Numbered from the stretch's first letter, positions 14,031-23,326 are shown. The stretch is 52,784 nucleotides of DNA from Pseudomonadota bacterium (GCA_022566265.1 JADFJG010000010.1:1-52784); one strand, 5' to 3'. A program made the numbers and translations. The notes: generated by a model from the letters alone, not told the origin.

Positions 14031-14549
14031 ATGGAAATCCTAGAAGGTCCCTGGATCATATTCTTCGTCCGCTGGCTCCATGTCGTCAGCGGCATCATGT
14101 GGATCGGCCTGCTGTGGTACTTCAATTTCGTCCAGATCCCGTCGATGCCCAAGATACCGGACGAGCAGAAACCGGCGATCTCCAAGGTGATCGCGCCGGA
14201 GGCCCTGTTCTGGTTCCGTTGGGCGGCGCTATCGACCATCATCTTCGGCCTGATCCAGGCTATGCAACTCGGCTTCTTACGCGATGGCCTGTTGCTCGGC
14301 ATCGCCTCGAACAGCCCCTATCACATGATGATCGGGCTGGGCATGTGGATGGGCCTGATCATGGCGGCCAACGTCTGGTTCGTCATCTGGCCGAACCAGA
14401 AGAAAGCGCTTGGCATGGTCGAGGTACCGGCGGAAGAGAAGGCGGCGGCGGCGCGAATGGCGATGCTGTTCTCGCGCACCAACACCATGCTGTCGATACC
14501 GATGTTATACGCCATGGTGTCGGTGCACTTCTTCCAGATGTCGGGCTGA
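14031..14549 (+). CDS. Four-TM membrane protein, HemJ/PuuD (DUF989-like) superfamily
   Basis: VRWLHVVSGIMWIGLLWYFNFVQ resembles the His-containing first TM helix of PuuD/HemJ-type proteins. Four hydrophobic segments. SD GGGAGGAAAGG lies upstream. Confidence 0.65.
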   Translation: MEILEGPWIIFFVRWLHVVSGIMWIGLLWYFNFVQIPSMPKIPDEQKPAISKVIAPEALFWFRWAALSTIIFGLIQAMQLGFLRDGLLLGIASNSPYHMMIGLGMWMGLIMAANVWFVIWPNQKKALGMVEVPAEEKAAAARMAMLFSRTNTMLSIPMLYAMVSVHFFQMSG

Positions 14550-14571
14550 GGAACAGAGCCTGATTCTCTAT

Positions 14572-14599
14572 GTGGGGCCCCCGCGGGCCCCACTTTTTT
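14572..14599 (+). terminator. Rho-independent terminator
   Basis: GTGGGGCCC-CCGC-GGGCCCCAC followed by TTTTTT. Confidence 0.8.
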
Positions 14600-14612
14600 G
14601 CCCTCGGCGCAC

Positions 14613-14990
14613 TCAAGGAACCGGGATCAGGGCGGCCCCGACGCGCCGGTTCTCGATGACCAGCACGTTGAAGGTGCGGCACGCCGCCCCGGTGTCGGTG
14701 GCCTCGATGACGACCCCTGCCTGGCGCATCCGGGCGCGGAGATCGGGCGCCACCGGCTCTGCCTTTTCGCCGCAGCCGATGAGCAGGATTTCGACCGGCG
14801 GATCGGCGGCCAGCACCGCCGCAAAATCTTCTTCGACGATTTTGGCAATGTCGCTCACCGCCCAGGGGAGCGTACGGTCGGGGAATACCAGCACCGCGCC
14901 GTCGTGACGCCGGCCGGCGATGGTGAAGCCGTCCGCGCCATAGGATTGGATCAGCTGCCGGCCACGGGGATCGGAGGGGGTAAGCTCCAT
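14613..14990 (-). CDS. Mth938-like (DUF498) protein, NDUFAF3 homologue
   Basis: ..IQSYGADGFTIAG.. and ..ILLIGCGEK..RARMRQAGVVIEATDTGAACRTFNVLVIENRRVGAALIPV are typical of DUF498. Confidence 0.85.
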   Translation of the reverse strand: MELTPSDPRGRQLIQSYGADGFTIAGRRHDGAVLVFPDRTLPWAVSDIAKIVEEDFAAVLAADPPVEILLIGCGEKAEPVAPDLRARMRQAGVVIEATDTGAACRTFNVLVIENRRVGAALIPVP

Positions 14991-15017
14991 TGGACGCGCC
15001 CCAGGGTTTGAAAAGGC

Positions 15018-15959
15018 TCAACCCCCGGCGTCGGAGTTCGCCACCACGCCGGGGCTGATCTGGCCGCGGATATTGAGGAACAGGAGGATGGGCGAAGCGA
15101 TCCAGATCGACGAATAGGTGCCGATCAATACGCCCCAGATCAAGGCGAAGCTGAAATCGGCGATGACCTCGCCGCCGAATGAAAAGATCGCGACCAGGGC
15201 CAACAACGTGGTGACGCTGGTCATGATGGTGCGCGACAGGGTGTGATTGACACTGAGATTCAGCAGATCCTCCACGCCCATGCTCTTGTATTTGCGCAAG
15301 TTCTCGCGAATGCGGTCGAACACCACCACCGTGTCGTTGATCGAATAGCCGGCGATGGTCAGGATCGCGGCCACGGTCGAGAGGTTGAACTCCAGTCCGA
15401 GGACCGAAAATATGCCGATGGTGGAGATCACGTCGTGGATCAACGCGACGACGGCGCCGATGGAGAACTGCCATTCGAAGCGGAACCACACATAGACCAT
15501 GATGACGAAAATGGAGAGGATGACGGCGATGATTCCGGCGCGGATCAGCTCGTCCCCGACCTTGGGTCCGACCGACTCGACCCGGCGGTAGCTGGCGATA
15601 TCGGAACCGAGCGCCTGCTTGACCGTATCGACGGCGCGCTGTTGCGCCTTCTCGCCGCCGGGTTGGCGCTCGACGCGGATCAGGACGTCGGTGGGCTCGC
15701 CGAATTCCTGGAGCGCCACCTCGCCGAGCCCGAGGCTGGAGAGCTTGGCCCGCAACTCCGGCAGATCGGCCGGTCCCTGCGTCCTCACCTCCATGAGGAT
15801 CCCGCCCTTGAAATCGATGCCGTAGTTCAGTCCCTTGAAGGCGAAGAAACCGACCGACAGCAACATGAGCGCGGCGGAGAAGACGAAGGCAAGTTTGCGC
15901 TTGCCGATGAAGTCGATCTTGGTGTCGGTGGGGACGATCCTTAGGGGAATGAGGGCCAT
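15018..15959 (-). CDS. secF: Protein translocase subunit SecF
   Basis: Typical SecF TM organisation and INDTVVVFDRIRENL motif. Confidence 0.95.
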   Translation of the reverse strand: MALIPLRIVPTDTKIDFIGKRKLAFVFSAALMLLSVGFFAFKGLNYGIDFKGGILMEVRTQGPADLPELRAKLSSLGLGEVALQEFGEPTDVLIRVERQPGGEKAQQRAVDTVKQALGSDIASYRRVESVGPKVGDELIRAGIIAVILSIFVIMVYVWFRFEWQFSIGAVVALIHDVISTIGIFSVLGLEFNLSTVAAILTIAGYSINDTVVVFDRIRENLRKYKSMGVEDLLNLSVNHTLSRTIMTSVTTLLALVAIFSFGGEVIADFSFALIWGVLIGTYSSIWIASPILLFLNIRGQISPGVVANSDAGG

Positions 15960-15976
15960 GGTCAGCGATTCTCCCT

Positions 15977-16245
15977 TAGAGCGGTTCTTGGTAGATAGGA
16001 ACCATTTGACCGGGATTATTTTGCGTCCTGGCTAGGCGCGGAATGCGCGGTGATGCTGGCGCATCACAAGCGTTTCGCAACGACGCCAGGGCGCAAAAGA
16101 ACCCGGCCTTCGGTGGGGCAAATCGGCCCCTCGACGTCGTTGCGACGCTTGCCCGATGCTCAAGCATCGCGCCGCGCGCCGCGCCTAGCCGAATGAGCCG
16201 ATTTGCACCCATCAAATTGATTCCTATCTACCAAGAACCGCTCTA
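15977..16245. mobile_element. MITE-like non-autonomous palindromic element in the secD-secF spacer
   Basis: Perfect 24-bp terminal inverted repeats, TAGAGCGGTTCTTGGTAGATAGGA (15977-16000) and TCCTATCTACCAAGAACCGCTCTA (16222-16245). The interior halves are imperfect inverted copies (for example 16030-16041 against 16179-16190). TA is present at both ends. No credible ORF inside. Confidence 0.7.
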
Positions 16246-17829
16246 GAGCGGCAGGACTTGCGCCCGGTGCTGGCGCAGCCAGAACACCACCATGAGGCGC
16301 GTCAGCATGATCGCCGTGAACATCGACGTCATGAGGCCGATGGACAGCGTCACCGCGAAGCCCTGGATCGGACCGGTGCCGAACATGAAGAGGATGATGG
16401 CGGCGAACAAGGTGGTGAGATTGGCGTCGATGATCGTCGTCAGCGCCCGCCGGTAGCCGGCGTCGACGGCCGAAATCGGTGTCCGCCCGGCCCGCACTTC
16501 CTCGCGGATGCGCTCGAAGATCAGGACGTTGGCGTCCACCGCCATGCCCATGGTCAAGATGATGCCGGCGATGCCGGGCAGGGTGAGGGTCGCCTGCAGC
16601 AAAGACAGCGCGCCGGCGATCAGCGCCAGATTGAACAGCAGGGCGACGTTGGCCATGGCGCCGAAGATGCCGTAGGAGATGACCATGAAGATCAGCACCA
16701 GGATGAGGCCGATGATGCAGGCGATCTTGCCGGCGCGGATCGAATCGGCGCCGAGATCGGGACCGACGGTGCGTTCCTCGAGGATGGTGAGCGGCGCCGG
16801 CAAGGCGCCGGCGCGAAGCAGCAACGCCAGATCCTTCGCCTCGACGGTGGTGAAACTGCCGGAGATGATGCCGGAGCCGCCCATGATCGGTTCGCGGATG
16901 ATCGGGGCGCTGATGACCTTGCCGTCGAGAACGATGGCGAAGGGCCGGCCGACGTTCTTCTTGGTGACCTGGCCGAACTTTCTGGCGCCGGTGATGTCGA
17001 AGCGGAAACTGATCACCGGCCGGCCCTGTTCGACGGTAGGCTGGGAGTCGACGAGGTTATCGCCGGGGACCATGATCCGTTTCTTCACCACATATTCGAC
17101 GGGGCGGCCGGTCGTCGGGTCGATCTCGTCGTCGGAGGGCAGGATTTCGGAGCCCGGCGGCGGCCGGCCTCCGCGCGCCCGTATCTCGGCCGCCGACACC
17201 GTGGTGTCGACGAGACGGAAATTCATCTTGGCGGTCTGGCCCAGCAGCCTCTTGACCCGTTCCGGATCGTCGATGCCCGGCAGCTGCACGATGATGCGGT
17301 CGCGGCCCTGGCGCTGGATCGAAGGCTCGGAGGTGCCGAATTCGTCGATGCGCCGGCGCACGATCTCGACCGACTGGGCGATGACCTGGTTGCGGCGCTC
17401 GGTTATCGCCTCTTCCGTATAGCGCACACTGATCTTGCCGCTGCCATCGCTCTCGACCACGGTGCCGGCTTCGGCCTGCTTGGCCATGCTCGCCGCGCGG
17501 TCCACATCGGCGAGATCGCGCACCCGGAAGGTGGCCGTCTCGCCCTCGACGCCGAGCTCGCGATAACCGATCTTTCCTCCTCTCAGAATGCCGCGAAGGG
17601 AGTGGACCAGATTGTCGAGGCGCTCGCGCGTCACCGTCTTGAGGTCGACCTCGAGCAGCAGGTGCGATCCCCCTTGCAGATCGAGGCCGAGGCGAAGTTG
17701 CTTGTGGGGAAGCCAGGTTGGAATACTCGCCGCCTGCTCGGTGGTGAGGAAATTAGGCGCGCTTAAGACCAGGCCCAGGACGCATATGGCGAGGACCATG
17801 ACGACTTTCCATTTGGCGAAATAGACCAT
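16243..17829 (-). CDS. secD: Protein translocase subunit SecD
   Basis: Typical SecD periplasmic domain plus C-terminal 6-TM bundle (VDANVLIFERIREE). Confidence 0.95.
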   Translation of the reverse strand: MVYFAKWKVVMVLAICVLGLVLSAPNFLTTEQAASIPTWLPHKQLRLGLDLQGGSHLLLEVDLKTVTRERLDNLVHSLRGILRGGKIGYRELGVEGETATFRVRDLADVDRAASMAKQAEAGTVVESDGSGKISVRYTEEAITERRNQVIAQSVEIVRRRIDEFGTSEPSIQRQGRDRIIVQLPGIDDPERVKRLLGQTAKMNFRLVDTTVSAAEIRARGGRPPPGSEILPSDDEIDPTTGRPVEYVVKKRIMVPGDNLVDSQPTVEQGRPVISFRFDITGARKFGQVTKKNVGRPFAIVLDGKVISAPIIREPIMGGSGIISGSFTTVEAKDLALLLRAGALPAPLTILEERTVGPDLGADSIRAGKIACIIGLILVLIFMVISYGIFGAMANVALLFNLALIAGALSLLQATLTLPGIAGIILTMGMAVDANVLIFERIREEVRAGRTPISAVDAGYRRALTTIIDANLTTLFAAIILFMFGTGPIQGFAVTLSIGLMTSMFTAIMLTRLMVVFWLRQHRAQVLPL

Positions 17830-17862
17830 GGAAGGGCAGGACCTACGCTTTACCGATAATCG

Positions 17863-18282
17863 TCATTCATCGTCGTCGGGGGCCTCGCGCCGGCGACGCC
17901 TTCTCTTGCGGCTTCGCGGCCGCTCCTCCTCGTCATCGCCGTCATCGCCGTCATCGTCGTCGCGGCTCGGTTCAGTCTTGGCGATGACGGTGGACACCAT
18001 GGAGCGGGCGACGCGCACCCGGACCCCATCGGCGATCTCGACGATCAACTCGTTGGCGTCCACCACCTTGATGATCAGGCCGATGAGGCCGCCGTTGGTG
18101 ATGATGCGGTCCCCCCGTCGCAAGGCCTCGAGCAGTTCCCTGTGCTGCTTCGCCTTCTTCTGCTGCGGGCGGATCAGCAGCATGTAGAAGACGCCGAATA
18201 TGAGAACCATCGGCAACAGGAAGCCGATGTCGAAACCGCCCCCACCGCCGGCATCCTGGGCGTAAGCCGGTGAAATCAGCAT
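17863..18282 (-). CDS. yajC: Preprotein translocase subunit YajC, with a charged C-terminal extension
   Basis: LPMVLIFGVFYMLLIRPQQKKAKQHRE..GDRIITNGGLIG core. The tail reads DDDDGDDGDDEEERPRSRKRRRRRREAPDDDE. Confidence 0.9.
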   Translation of the reverse strand: MLISPAYAQDAGGGGGFDIGFLLPMVLIFGVFYMLLIRPQQKKAKQHRELLEALRRGDRIITNGGLIGLIIKVVDANELIVEIADGVRVRVARSMVSTVIAKTEPSRDDDDGDDGDDEEERPRSRKRRRRRREAPDDDE

Positions 18283-18318
18283 CTAATTCTCCTCTTATCG
18301 TCGATTGAGGCCTGCCGG

Positions 18319-18346
18319 AATATAGTCAACCCGACGTTACTTGCAA
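18319..18346 (-). promoter_or_regulatory. Candidate sigma70-type promoter for yajC-secD-secF
   Basis: On the minus strand, TTGCAA (18341-18346), a 16-nt spacer, then TATATT (18319-18324), about 37 nt upstream of the yajC ATG. Confidence 0.3.
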
Positions 18347-18505
18347 ATCCAAAGCTCGGCAAACCGACAAAAGTCCCGGTTTCAGCGCGCCTTGGGCCCG
18401 GTTTCAAGCCGATTGACGGCGAATTCTCGTATGCTAGGGTCTCGCGCCGCCCATGCCGGCGCTTCCTCTCCGGTGCCTGGGTAGCCCCTTTCAGGCGAGT
18501 GAGCC

Positions 18506-19363
18506 ATGTCCGATACGCCCGACCAAACGTTCTTGAGACGCATCGCCGAGGCCCTCGACCGTCTGGCGCCGCCAAGCGCCGACGGCTTCGATCTCGCGGC
18601 GGCCGACGCCTTCATCTGGCAGGCCGAGGACAAGCGCTTGCACCGGGTCGGGGAGGTCAACCGGGTGGATATCGCCCTCCTCAAGGGGATCGACCGCCAG
18701 CGGGATATCTTGCTCGATAACACCAAACGGTTCGCCAACGGCCTGCCGGCCAACAACGCCCTCCTGTGGGGCGCGCGGGGCATGGGCAAAAGCTCCCTGG
18801 TCAAGGCGGTCCACGCCAAGGTCAACGAGGACGCCAAGGAGCCGCTGGTGCTGGTCGAGATCCACCGCGAGGACATCAACGGCGTGGCGCATCTGCTGGC
18901 GCCGCTGCGCGCCGTCAAGCGGCGCTGCATCCTGTTTTGCGACGACCTCTCGTTCGACGGTCACGACACCAGTTTCAAGTCCCTGAAAGCGTTGCTCGAG
19001 GGCGGCATCGAGGGGCGTCCCGAGAACGTCCTGTTCTACGCCACTTCCAACCGCCGCCACCTGATGCCGAGGGATATGATCGAGAACGAGCGCTCGACCG
19101 CGATCAACCCGGCCGAGGCGGTGGAGGAGAAGGTCTCGCTATCGGACCGGTTCGGGCTGTGGCTCGGCTTTCACGCCTGCGACCAGGACGTCTTTCTCGC
19201 CATCGTCGACGGCTATGCCGGCCATTACGGCCTCGAGGTCGGCCGCGACCGATTGCACGGGGAGGCGATCGAGTGGTCGGTCACCCGCGGCGCCCGCTCG
19301 GGCCGGGTGGCGTGGCAGTTCATCCAGGATCTGGCGGGCCGGCTGGGCCAGCGACTCGGCTGA
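18506..19363 (+). CDS. DUF815-type AAA/P-loop ATPase
   Basis: Walker A LLWGARGMGKSSLVKAV. Its size and its position beside yajC are typical of the alphaproteobacterial DUF815 family. Confidence 0.85.
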   Translation: MSDTPDQTFLRRIAEALDRLAPPSADGFDLAAADAFIWQAEDKRLHRVGEVNRVDIALLKGIDRQRDILLDNTKRFANGLPANNALLWGARGMGKSSLVKAVHAKVNEDAKEPLVLVEIHREDINGVAHLLAPLRAVKRRCILFCDDLSFDGHDTSFKSLKALLEGGIEGRPENVLFYATSNRRHLMPRDMIENERSTAINPAEAVEEKVSLSDRFGLWLGFHACDQDVFLAIVDGYAGHYGLEVGRDRLHGEAIEWSVTRGARSGRVAWQFIQDLAGRLGQRLG

Positions 19364-19366
19364 GTC

Positions 19367-20425
19367 TCACGACCTCTTGAGGCGGCGGAGCAGCCTCGCC
19401 GGATCGACGGCGCGGGAGCCACGGCGGATCTCGAAGTGCAGCTGGGGCGTCGTGACGCGTCCGGAATCGCCGACCCGCGCGATGCCCTGCCCGCGCTTGA
19501 CCACGTCGCCGCGGCCGACCAGCAGGCGGTCATTGTGGGCATAGGCCGTTATCCAGCCGCCGCGATGGCGAATCAGCAACAGATTTCCATAGCCGCGAAG
19601 CTCGTTCCCGGCATAGGCCACGACCCCGTTGGCGGCGGCCCGCACCTCGGTGTTCTTCGGTGCCGCGATGTTGATGCCGTCGTTGTGCAATCCCCCCGGC
19701 TTGGGCCCGAACGCCGAGACCAGCTTGCCCTTGACCGGCCACAGGAAGGCTTGCGCGGTTCGCGGCGGCGGATCGATCGGCGGCGGCGAAACCCTGAGGC
19801 TCCGGCCCCGCTTGGAAGGCGGCGCGGAGCGCTTGGCGACGCCTCTCGACGGGGCGGACCTGGCTGCATCCTTCGCCGGTGAAGACGGCCTGGCCATCGC
19901 CGTTGGCCGCGCCGGCGCCGGCCGGGGTGAAGCGGCGATGCCAGGCGATGCCGGCAGGCGCAGCCTCTGGCCGACGACGATCCTGAAGGGGGGGCGGATA
20001 TCGTTGGCCCTGATCAGGTTTCGGATGCCGACATCGTAGCGCTTGGCGACGCCGTAGACGGTGTCGCCCGCGCCGACGACGTGGACGCGCGGACGGGGCA
20101 GGATGAGCCTCTGGCCGGGCTCGAGCGTATAGGGGGGCTTGAGGCCGTTGGCGTCGATGATCGCCCGCAACGCCACCTTGGCGCGCTTGGCGATGCCGTA
20201 AAGCCCATCTCCGGCCCGAACCTCGACGGTCAAGGCACCCCGCTCGGGCGCCGCGGACTCGGCCGCGTCCGGCCGCGAGGCGGCGGGTTCGGGGTAGGTC
20301 CTGTTGTCGACAGGCGCCGGCTTAAGCGCGGTGCCGCACCCCGCCAACACCACCGCCGCCGCGAACACGGCGGTGGTGGCCAGGAAGGTCGGCCGATATT
20401 GGCGCCGGGCGTGGACCGTCGACAT
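19367..20425 (-). CDS. LysM-domain M23 metallopeptidase lipoprotein (NlpD-like); start uncertain
   Basis: Lipobox VLAGC, two LysM-like repeats (GDGLYGIAKR.., GDTVYGVAKRY..), and a C-terminal M23 domain (GINIAAPKNT..HNDRLLV..GDSG..PQLHFEIR). Confidence 0.85.
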   Translation of the reverse strand: MSTVHARRQYRPTFLATTAVFAAAVVLAGCGTALKPAPVDNRTYPEPAASRPDAAESAAPERGALTVEVRAGDGLYGIAKRAKVALRAIIDANGLKPPYTLEPGQRLILPRPRVHVVGAGDTVYGVAKRYDVGIRNLIRANDIRPPFRIVVGQRLRLPASPGIAASPRPAPARPTAMARPSSPAKDAARSAPSRGVAKRSAPPSKRGRSLRVSPPPIDPPPRTAQAFLWPVKGKLVSAFGPKPGGLHNDGINIAAPKNTEVRAAANGVVAYAGNELRGYGNLLLIRHRGGWITAYAHNDRLLVGRGDVVKRGQGIARVGDSGRVTTPQLHFEIRRGSRAVDPARLLRRLKRS

Positions 20426-20531
20426 GTTGGAACATTTAGGCATTGTATTCGCCGTATTCGCCCCCATCAATGCCGCCCCATATCACGGGATTAACGCGCC
20501 GTGAAGCCCTCATCGCCGATCGGCGCGTCCT

Positions 20532-21158
20532 TCAGTCGTCGATCATCGGCACGAAACGGACCGGCCACAGGGTCTCGCTCTCGAAGCCGTCCTCGCGCTT
20601 GGTAAGCCTTACGACGTTCTGGTCCGATGCGTTCGCGCCCAGCGGGATCACCATGATCCCGCCGACCTCCAACTGATCGAGGAGCGCCGGCGGCGTCTCG
20701 ACGGCGGCGGCGGTGGCGAGGATGCGCGGGAACGGCGCCTGCTCGGGCCAGCCGGCGATGCCGTTGCCGGTCATGGCGGTGACGTTGTGCAGGCCAAGCT
20801 CCTTGAACCGGGCTTCGGCCTCCTTCAACAGCGTCGAGTGGCGCTCCATGGTATAGACGCGCCGGCAAAGATGGGACAGCACCGCCGCCTGATAACCGGA
20901 CCCGGTGCCGATCTCCAGCACCCGCATGCGTTCGCCGAGCTCGAGCGCCTGGGTCATCAAGGCGACGACGAGGGGCTGGCTGATGGTCTGTCCGGCGCCG
21001 ATGGGAAGCGCCGTGTTCTCGTAGGCCTGGTCCCGGAACGGCTCCGGCACGAACATCTCGCGCGGCACCCGCTCTATGGCGCCAAGCACCTTGGCGTCGC
21101 CGATGCCGTGCTGGCGGAGCTCCATGATCAGGCGGATCTGGCGCGGCTCCACACTCAT
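20532..21158 (-). CDS. pcm: Protein-L-isoaspartate O-methyltransferase
   Basis: VPREMFVP.. and SAM motif VLEIGTGSGYQAAVL. The ATG at 21156-21158 overlaps the surE stop (ATGA). Confidence 0.92.
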   Translation of the reverse strand: MSVEPRQIRLIMELRQHGIGDAKVLGAIERVPREMFVPEPFRDQAYENTALPIGAGQTISQPLVVALMTQALELGERMRVLEIGTGSGYQAAVLSHLCRRVYTMERHSTLLKEAEARFKELGLHNVTAMTGNGIAGWPEQAPFPRILATAAAVETPPALLDQLEVGGIMVIPLGANASDQNVVRLTKREDGFESETLWPVRFVPMIDD

Positions 21159-21937
21159 GCGAAGGCCCTTTTCAACACCCGGATCATCTTCCCGTCGGTG
21201 AGATCGAGATCGAGCGGCGTCACCGATATGGCGCCGGCGCTGACGGCGGTCAGATCGCTGCCCCGGCCCGAGGCGGCGTTCAGCCGCGGCCCGCCGAGCC
21301 AGTAATAAGGTTCGTCCCGGGGATCGGTGGCGACGGTGATGACTTCTGTTTGACGGCGCCGGCCCTGGCGGGTGATCTCGATACCGCTGACCTCGCCGGG
21401 CGCAAGAGCGGGGAAATTGATGTTGAACAGGACCTCTCTTGGCTTCGGGACACGGTAGAGCCTGGCGACCAGGCGGGGTCCGAAATGCTCGGCCGTCGGC
21501 CATTTCACCGCCTTGCCGCCATCGCGCATCTGGCTCAGCGCGATCGCCGGGATGCCGAGAAGCGTCGCCTCCATGGCGGCGGCGACGGTGCCCGAATGGG
21601 TGATGTCCTCGGCCAGGTTGGCGCCGTTATTGACGCCCGAAAGCACCAGGTCCGGCGGCCGGTCTTTGAGCAAATGGCACACCGCGAGCAAAACGCAGTC
21701 CGACGGCGTGCCGGTGACGGCGAAGCGCCTGGCCGATAATTTGCGGATCCTCAGCGGCGAACGCACGGTGAGCGAGTGGGCCGCCGTGCTTTGCTCGGTT
21801 TCCGGCGCCACGGTCCAGACGTCGTCGGTGAGACACTTGGCGATCCTGACCAGGATTTTCAGGCCCGGCGCGTTGATGCCGTCGTCATTGGAAACCAGGA
21901 TCCTGGCGTTCTTCAAGCTGGGCGGCGCTTTTGGCAT
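21155..21937 (-). CDS. surE: 5'/3'-nucleotidase SurE
   Basis: ARILVSNDDGINAPGL N-terminus. Trimmed to the ATG at 21935-21937. Confidence 0.93.
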   Translation of the reverse strand: MPKAPPSLKNARILVSNDDGINAPGLKILVRIAKCLTDDVWTVAPETEQSTAAHSLTVRSPLRIRKLSARRFAVTGTPSDCVLLAVCHLLKDRPPDLVLSGVNNGANLAEDITHSGTVAAAMEATLLGIPAIALSQMRDGGKAVKWPTAEHFGPRLVARLYRVPKPREVLFNINFPALAPGEVSGIEITRQGRRRQTEVITVATDPRDEPYYWLGGPRLNAASGRGSDLTAVSAGAISVTPLDLDLTDGKMIRVLKRAFA

Positions 21938-21945
21938 AGCGGGAT

Positions 21946-23235
21946 CTATGCCGCCGCCTCGATCACCCCGAGCCCGCCCATATAGGGCCGAAGCGCGTCG
22001 GGCACCGCGACCGTGCCATCGCCGAACTGACCGTTCTCCAGCACCGCGATCAGGGCGCGCCCGACCGCCAGCCCCGAGCCATTGAGGGTATGGACGAAGC
22101 GGGTTCCCTTGCCATCCCTGGGGCCCTCCTTGGGGCGGAAGCGCGCGTTCATCCGCCGGGCCTGGAAGTCCGCGCAGTTGGAGCAACTCGAGATTTCGCG
22201 GTAGCGTCCCTGGCCGGGAAGCCAGACCTCGATGTCATAGGTCTTGCGCGCGCCAAAGCCCATGTCGCCGGTCGAAAGCACCATCACCCGGTAGTGCAGG
22301 CCGAGACGCTTCAGCACCTCCTCCGCCGCGCCCGTCATGCGCTCGTGCTCGGCCGGCGATTCCTCCGGCGTGGTGATGGAAACCAGTTCCACCTTGTCGA
22401 ACTGGTGCTGGCGGTACATGCCGCGGGTGTCCTTGCCCGCCGCCCCGGCCTCGGAGCGGAAGCAGGGCGTCAGCGCGGTATAACGGAGCGGCAGGTCGGC
22501 CTCCTCGAGGATGCTCTCGCGCACGAGATTGGTCAGCGGCACCTCGGCCGTCGGGATGAGCCAGTAATCGTCGGTGGTGCGGAACAGGTCCTCGGCGAAT
22601 TTGGGAAGCTGGCCGGTGCCAAAAAGCGCGGCGTCGCGCACCAGCAGCGGCGGGATGACCTCGGTATAGCCGAACTCATCGGTCTGCAGATCGATCATGA
22701 AGGCGCCGAGCGCGCGCGAGAGCCTGGCAAGCGCGCCCTTGAGCACGACGAAGCGCGATCCCGACATCCTGGCGGCGCCCTCGAAGTCCATCCAACCCAG
22801 CCCCTCGCCGATATCGAAGTGCTCCCTGGGGGTGAAATCGAAGGCCGGCTTTTCGCCGAAGCTCCTGATTTCCACATTGGCGGTGTCGTCGGCGCCGTCG
22901 GGAACGTCGGCGTCCGCCAGGTTGGGAATGCCGGAGAGCACATCGTCCAGTTCCTTGGACAAGCTCGCCGCCTGGCGCTCCGCCGCCGCCTGGAGCTGCT
23001 TTTCGCTCGCCACCTTTTCGATCAGCCCGGCGGCGTCATCCCCCTTCGACTTGGCGGCGCCGATCTCCTTCGACAAGGCGTTGCGCCGCGACTGGATATC
23101 CTGCGCCGCGGTCACCGCCTTGCGCCGTTCGGCGTCGAGCGCGACGATCTCGGCCGCTTGCGGAGCAAGGCCCCGCCGCGTCAGTCCCGCGTCGAATTCC
23201 CGCGGGTTGTCGCGAATCCACTTAATGTCGAACAT
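21946..23235 (-). CDS. serS: Serine--tRNA ligase
   Basis: [11 protein letters not shown].., TGQLPKF, and class II motifs [15 protein letters not shown]. Confidence 0.96.
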   Translation of the reverse strand: MFDIKWIRDNPREFDAGLTRRGLAPQAAEIVALDAERRKAVTAAQDIQSRRNALSKEIGAAKSKGDDAAGLIEKVASEKQLQAAAERQAASLSKELDDVLSGIPNLADADVPDGADDTANVEIRSFGEKPAFDFTPREHFDIGEGLGWMDFEGAARMSGSRFVVLKGALARLSRALGAFMIDLQTDEFGYTEVIPPLLVRDAALFGTGQLPKFAEDLFRTTDDYWLIPTAEVPLTNLVRESILEEADLPLRYTALTPCFRSEAGAAGKDTRGMYRQHQFDKVELVSITTPEESPAEHERMTGAAEEVLKRLGLHYRVMVLSTGDMGFGARKTYDIEVWLPGQGRYREISSCSNCADFQARRMNARFRPKEGPRDGKGTRFVHTLNGSGLAVGRALIAVLENGQFGDGTVAVPDALRPYMGGLGVIEAAA

Positions 23236-23326
23236 GGGATGGCCGTGACGATTCCAAAGCGCGTGTTTATAGGCCCTGGTGGGCGCGCCGTCCACAGGGT
23301 AGCGCTAAACCACCGTGGTTCAGCCG

